NCBI GenBank assembly: GCA_963676565.1
Contig: OY781089.1
Coordinates: 3,104,001 to 3,168,000 of the forward strand
Direction of reading: 5' to 3'
From: Halarcobacter sp.
GTDB lineage: Bacteria > Campylobacterota > Campylobacteria > Campylobacterales > Arcobacteraceae
Length of the DNA: 64,000 bases
This document shows, piece by piece, positions 59,277 through 64,000 of this stretch. The translations under genes were made by a program, and so were the position numbers. Each line of letters opens with the position of its first letter. Within the stretch, counting starts at the first letter, position 1. Under the pieces are notes generated by a model. It was not told where the DNA came from. It worked only from the letters and a program-made list of their open reading frames with translations, and searched no databases.

Positions 59277-59320
59277 TTTATCTCACTTAAAAAATTTAAA
59301 AAATTATACCATAAAAGGTA

Positions 59321-60058
59321 TCAAGGTTCATATTTTTTCCAAATAGTTTCTTCTTTCAAAGAGACTCTATTTGTTAAAACTTCAAAGGGCTTATAATGTT
59401 CTTTATATCCCATAGAAAAATGATCTTTTATCCAATAACCTAAATAAATGTATGGGATTTTTAACTCTTTAGCAATTTTTATTTGTGCTAAAATTGAGAA
59501 TTTCCCAATAGATAAATCTTGGTAATCATGGTCATAAAAACAATATATTGAAGAGATAGACTTAGGTAAAATATCAACTAATGCAACTCCAATTAACTTT
59601 TTATCTCTAACATACAAAAACTCTTTTGTAAACTCATCTTTTCCTTGCACATAAGACCTATCATATTCAGATGGTTCAATTGGAGTATATGTCCAATCTT
59701 TCTTTTTATTCATTTCTTGATGATATTTATCATACAACTTCAAATGATCTAAAGTTAATGATGGTGCTTGAATATAAACTTTAGTATCTAAATTCTTTTT
59801 GAATACTCTTTTTTCAGAACGTGAAAATTTATAATTTTCAACATCGATTCTCATAGATATACATTTTGTGCAATTTTTACATTCTGGAACAAAATGCATC
59901 TTACCAAATCTACGCCATCCATGTTCAAGCATATTCTGATAATCTTCTTGTTCGCATTTATGAATATATCTATATCTTATATCTGAAATTTCATCATCAA
60001 AATAAGAACAATCCCTATTCTCTTCTACAAACTCTACATCTCGTTCTAAAATATGCAT
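59321..60058 (-). CDS. ATE1-like aminoacyl-tRNA-protein transferase (arginyltransferase/Bpt family)
   Basis: CSY, GWRRFG, CKNC, SIYCFYD, YLGYWI, YK. Confidence 0.9.
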   Translation of the reverse strand: MHILERDVEFVEENRDCSYFDDEISDIRYRYIHKCEQEDYQNMLEHGWRRFGKMHFVPECKNCTKCISMRIDVENYKFSRSEKRVFKKNLDTKVYIQAPSLTLDHLKLYDKYHQEMNKKKDWTYTPIEPSEYDRSYVQGKDEFTKEFLYVRDKKLIGVALVDILPKSISSIYCFYDHDYQDLSIGKFSILAQIKIAKELKIPYIYLGYWIKDHFSMGYKEHYKPFEVLTNRVSLKEETIWKKYEP

Positions 60059-60060
60059 AA

Positions 60061-60801
60061 CTATTCGTTTATTTTTTCTTTTATAATTTTTGCTGTTTCA
60101 CAAATTTTGCTAATTTTTTCATTATTTGATAAACTTTCATCAATTAAATGCTTAACAAAACTACTCCCAACAATAACACCATCAACACCTTTTGACTTCT
60201 CTTTACAAGTTTTTTCATCCACACCAAAGCCAATATAAAGTGGAGTATTAGAGTATTTTTTAACTGTTTCAATTATAGTTGTTAAATCCTCTTTTTGTCC
60301 ACTTCCAGTAATACCTGCATAAGCAACCATATAAATAAACTTTTGGGCATGCTCAACAACTTTTTTAATTCTATTTTCACTATGAGTTGGAGCTACAAAG
60401 GTGATATTCGCTTTATCATACTTTTTAAATAATGAATTTAAAAGTAATGATTCTTCAAAGGGTACATCAGGAATAATCATTCCATTTACCCCATATTCTT
60501 TTGCCTTTATTAAAAAGTTTTCCATACCATAATGGAAAAATGGATTCATATAACCCATCCATAACATATCCATATTTGGTGCAATCTTTGAACTAACTTC
60601 AAATAAATCTTTTAAAGAAAACCCCGATTCTAAAGCAATATGATTTGCTTTCTCAATAACTGGACCATCTGCAACTGGATCTGAAAATGGAACTCCAAGT
60701 TCTAAAGTATCAACTCCTGCATCTTTCATACTAAGTGCTAAATCAACTGTAAAGTTGTTATCAGGAATTGAAGAAGTAATATATCCTACTAATTTTTTCA
60801 A
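60061..60801 (-). CDS. trpA: Tryptophan synthase alpha subunit
   Basis: ELGVPFSDPVADGPVI, GITG, GFG, DGVIVGS. Confidence 0.96.
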   Translation of the reverse strand: MKKLVGYITSSIPDNNFTVDLALSMKDAGVDTLELGVPFSDPVADGPVIEKANHIALESGFSLKDLFEVSSKIAPNMDMLWMGYMNPFFHYGMENFLIKAKEYGVNGMIIPDVPFEESLLLNSLFKKYDKANITFVAPTHSENRIKKVVEHAQKFIYMVAYAGITGSGQKEDLTTIIETVKKYSNTPLYIGFGVDEKTCKEKSKGVDGVIVGSSFVKHLIDESLSNNEKISKICETAKIIKEKINE

Positions 60802-60965
60802 AATTTAAATCCTATAAAATATTTCATTTTGAAGAAGATTTTATCGAAATTAATCTTGATTTGATATGAGTATGTGTTTAGAATATATTTTTTAAGTTTT
60901 ACAAAATAATAACAAGGAGAATTTTGATACAATATTCCTAAATTTATACAAATTAGGGAAGCTTT

Positions 60966-61775
60966 ATGAGCATTATAAAAAACGATTTTGAGAAAATGAA
61001 TATTACTAAAATAAAAAATGCCAAAAACAATAAAAAATTAACGATGATTACCGCCTATGACGCACTTTTTGCAAGACTTTTTGAAGAAATTGCTGATATG
61101 ATTTTAGTAGGAGATAGCTTAAATATGAGTTTTGCAGGGGAAAATGACACCCTTTCAGCGACACTTGACCAAATGATTTATCATACAAATGCTGTATGTA
61201 AAGGGGCACCAAAAGCCTTTGTTATATTAGATATGCCCTTTGGGACATACATAAACAATGATGAAGCACTTAGAAACTCAATTAAAGTATACCAAAAAAC
61301 TTCTGCTGCAGCTATTAAAATAGAAGGTGGTGAAGATAGAGCTGATATAATTAAACATCTTACTTCAAACTCAATTGCAGTTATGGGACATATTGGTTTA
61401 ATGCCTCAATATGTAAGAAGTGAAGGTGGTTATAAAGTTAGAGGAAAAACAAAAGAAGATGAAGAGCAACTTGTACGTGATGCTATTGCTGTTGAAAAAG
61501 CGGGTGCCTTTGCAATTGTAATTGAAGGGGTAAAAAGTGAAGTGGCTAAAAAAATCACCCAAGCAGTTTCTATCCCAACAATTGGAATTGGTGCTGGAAA
61601 TGTAACTGATGGACAAGTTTTAGTCTGGTCAGATATGTTAGGTTTCTTTGAAGAGTTTAAGCCAAAATTTGTAAGACATTATTTAGATGGGGCAAATTTA
61701 GTAAAAGAAGCTGTAAACCAATATAGAAGTGATGTACAAGATAGCTCTTTTCCATCAAAAGAAGAAGAGTACTAA
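60966..61775 (+). CDS. panB: 3-methyl-2-oxobutanoate hydroxymethyltransferase
   Basis: [32 protein letters not shown]. Confidence 0.96.
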   Translation: MSIIKNDFEKMNITKIKNAKNNKKLTMITAYDALFARLFEEIADMILVGDSLNMSFAGENDTLSATLDQMIYHTNAVCKGAPKAFVILDMPFGTYINNDEALRNSIKVYQKTSAAAIKIEGGEDRADIIKHLTSNSIAVMGHIGLMPQYVRSEGGYKVRGKTKEDEEQLVRDAIAVEKAGAFAIVIEGVKSEVAKKITQAVSIPTIGIGAGNVTDGQVLVWSDMLGFFEEFKPKFVRHYLDGANLVKEAVNQYRSDVQDSSFPSKEEEY

Positions 61776-62812
61776 TGGAAAGAGTTGTTGAAGTAGAGCA
61801 AATATCTTTTGAAGAGGATAATGCTGAAGTTAATCTTCGTCCATCATCTTGGGATGATTATATTGGTCAAGAGAAAATAAAAAAGAATTTAAAAGTATTT
61901 ATTCAAGCTAGCAAAAAAAGAAATGAAGCTTTAGACCATATTTTATTTTATGGACCTCCTGGTCTTGGTAAAACTACACTTTCATATTTAATTTCAAATG
62001 AGATGAATTCAAATATTAAAGTAACAGCCGGGCCAATGATTGAAAAAAGTGGAGACTTAGCCGCTATTTTAACAAACCTTGAAGAGGGTGATATTCTATT
62101 TATTGATGAGATACATAGATTAAGTCCAGCTGTTGAGGAGATTTTATATCCTGCTATGGAAGATTATAGACTTGATATTATAATTGGAAGTGGTCCTGCA
62201 GCTCAAACTGTTAAAATAGATCTTCCAAGATTTACTTTAATTGGTGCGACTACAAGAGCAGGAATGTTGAGTAATCCATTAAGGGAAAGATTTGGGATGC
62301 ATTTTAGAATGCAGTTTTATACCCATGAAGAGTTAGCAAAAATCATCCAAAAAGCAGCAATAAAACTAGGAAAATTTTGTGAAGATGATGCTGCATTAGA
62401 GATTTCAAAAAGAAGTAGAGGAACTCCAAGGGTTGCATTAAGACTTTTAAGAAGAGTGAGAGATTTTTCTGAAGTTGAGAATGAAGATAGCATTCATATA
62501 AAAAGATGTAAATATGCACTTGATGAATTAGGTGTAAATGATAGTGGATTTGACGAAATGGATTTAAATCTCCTTGAACTTCTTGTTTCTAATAAAGGAA
62601 AACCTATGGGTCTTTCAACTATTGCAGCAGCTCTTAGTGAAGATGAAGGAACAATTGAAGATGCCATCGAACCTTATCTTTTAGCAAATGGTTTTATTGA
62701 AAGAACTGCTAGGGGAAGAGTTGCTTCAGTTAAAACATATGAACTTTTTAGGCTTTCATATCCAGGAAGTGAAAAACTTGATACAAATGAAAACCAAGGT
62801 CAACTATTTTGA
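61775..62812 (+). CDS. ruvB: Holliday junction branch migration helicase
   Basis: [28 protein letters not shown]. Confidence 0.98.
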   Translation: MERVVEVEQISFEEDNAEVNLRPSSWDDYIGQEKIKKNLKVFIQASKKRNEALDHILFYGPPGLGKTTLSYLISNEMNSNIKVTAGPMIEKSGDLAAILTNLEEGDILFIDEIHRLSPAVEEILYPAMEDYRLDIIIGSGPAAQTVKIDLPRFTLIGATTRAGMLSNPLRERFGMHFRMQFYTHEELAKIIQKAAIKLGKFCEDDAALEISKRSRGTPRVALRLLRRVRDFSEVENEDSIHIKRCKYALDELGVNDSGFDEMDLNLLELLVSNKGKPMGLSTIAAALSEDEGTIEDAIEPYLLANGFIERTARGRVASVKTYELFRLSYPGSEKLDTNENQGQLF

Positions 62813-63873
62813 AACCACAATATTTTTTGGTAGCTTTAACTATTGTTACTCTATTTTTTATGCTCGAGCTTTTTGACCCATTTATAAAACCAATGATAGT
62901 TGCTTTATTACTAGCAGTTGCTACTAATTCTATGAATATCTATTTTAAAAGGTTAATTCCAAACAATTTTTTAAGTTCAAGTTTAATGACAATATTTTTA
63001 ACTGCAATATTTTTTGTACCCGTTTTATATTGTATTTTTTCATTTGCAACTTTAATTAATAAAATTGACCAAAAAGCCTTATTTGAGATTTTTAAAGTTA
63101 CTCAAAATTGGGTTGAAAACCTACCTGAAGATTTTAATTTTATAAAAGAGCAATTAAATCTTATTTTAGAAAAAGTTGATATTCCTCAATTTATACAAAA
63201 CCTTTTTTCTATAGGTGCATATTTAGGTAAAAACTCTGCAAAATTTATTATTGATATGATAATGATTTTAGTATTTTTCTTTTTCTTTTCTTTCTATAGC
63301 TCAAATTTGGCAAGATATTTTAAAGAGGCTCTTCCCCTTAAAATGGAAGATTCAAACGCTTTATTTTATGAGTCATCAAATGTTATGAGTGTAGTTTTAT
63401 ATTCAATTTTAGCAACTGCTATTTTGGAAGGTTTCTTATTTGGTTTTTTTATAAGCTTCTTTGGTTATGATGGGATTTTACTTGGAGTTTTATACGGATT
63501 TGCTTCTTTAATTCCTGTTGTTGGAGGTCTTGTAATGTGGCTTCCTGTAGCTATTTATGAAATTTTTGCTGGAAGTACAACAAGTGCCATAGCTATTGTG
63601 GCATACTCTATTATTGTAATTTCTATAATTGCAGATACATTTATTAAACCTGTTATTATAAAATATATAAATCATAATATAGTAAAAACTCCAACTAAAG
63701 TAAACGAATTATTGATATTTTTCTCAATTGTAGCTGGTCTTTCAACATTTGGTTTTTGGGGAATGATTATTGGTCCAGCAATGGTAACATTCTTTATCTC
63801 ACTATTACAACTACTTAAAAAATTTAGTGACGATTTTTATAGTTTTGAACAAACCCTTGAAAATAAAGGTTAG
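62809..63873 (+). CDS. AI-2E family transporter
   Basis: Multi-[25 protein letters not shown]. Confidence 0.9.
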   Translation: MKPQYFLVALTIVTLFFMLELFDPFIKPMIVALLLAVATNSMNIYFKRLIPNNFLSSSLMTIFLTAIFFVPVLYCIFSFATLINKIDQKALFEIFKVTQNWVENLPEDFNFIKEQLNLILEKVDIPQFIQNLFSIGAYLGKNSAKFIIDMIMILVFFFFFSFYSSNLARYFKEALPLKMEDSNALFYESSNVMSVVLYSILATAILEGFLFGFFISFFGYDGILLGVLYGFASLIPVVGGLVMWLPVAIYEIFAGSTTSAIAIVAYSIIVISIIADTFIKPVIIKYINHNIVKTPTKVNELLIFFSIVAGLSTFGFWGMIIGPAMVTFFISLLQLLKKFSDDFYSFEQTLENKG

Positions 63874-63888
63874 GAATAGAAAATAATT

Positions 63889-64000
63889 CTATTCTTCACC
63901 TGATTCAAGTTCACCTTGATAAGTCATAATTCCATAGTCATAATTTAATACAGTTTTATATCCATTACTTAACATAATTCTTTGGCAATATGCACTTCTA
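63889..64000 (-). CDS. C-terminal end of a probable rhodanese-domain protein (start outside the window)
   Basis: ...RSAYCQRIMLSNGYKTVLNYDYGIMTYQGELESGEE*. Confidence 0.6.
   Translation of the reverse strand, partial: RSAYCQRIMLSNGYKTVLNYDYGIMTYQGELESGEE

Noticed and set aside
2301..62876. Short antisense or alternate-frame ORFs in the track (e.g. 2301-2483, 4060-4281, 7728-7955, 8344-8601, 29589-29942, 38318-38530, 49689-50126, 56523-56819, 62688-62876)
   Set aside because: They overlap well-supported genes, lack recognisable motifs or RBS, and look like shadow ORFs

Overview
AT-rich bacterial chromosome window, most consistent with a Campylobacterota (Arcobacteraceae-like) genome; this is inferred from the tmRNA tag ANNTDYAPAYAKAA, HQWRQPL-type kinases and gene content. 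The first ~18.3 kb is an accessory respiratory/organosulfur region. It holds a response regulator/solute-binding protein/histidine kinase trio divergent from a cytochrome c-TorD-Tat molybdoenzyme-4x[4Fe-4S] operon. The last gene of that operon appears to be an unannotated selenoprotein: in-frame UGA at 7969-7971, a SECIS-like hairpin, and a frame continuing to TAA 8028. Converging on it is a flavocytochrome c (acrylate/methacrylate-reductase-like)/tetraheme cytochrome/NapC module, the periplasmic DMSP lyase dddY, ribA/ribB and Cache-type sensors. The rest is mostly housekeeping: folE, GspE/F-like competence genes, era, comM-like, def, clpP, tig, two ppk2, (nor)spermidine genes with an unlisted rubredoxin, tmRNA plus a small AT-rich islet, fur/feoAB, trpA, panB and ruvB. 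Two further notable modules are a glucosylglycerate synthesis/phosphorolysis cluster next to a glucokinase-less Entner-Doudoroff cluster, and a diheme peroxidase next to a PAS-GGDEF-EAL gene. No CRISPR array, rRNA, standard tRNA, integrase or transposase was seen. All calls come from reading motifs by eye; no database searches were run.
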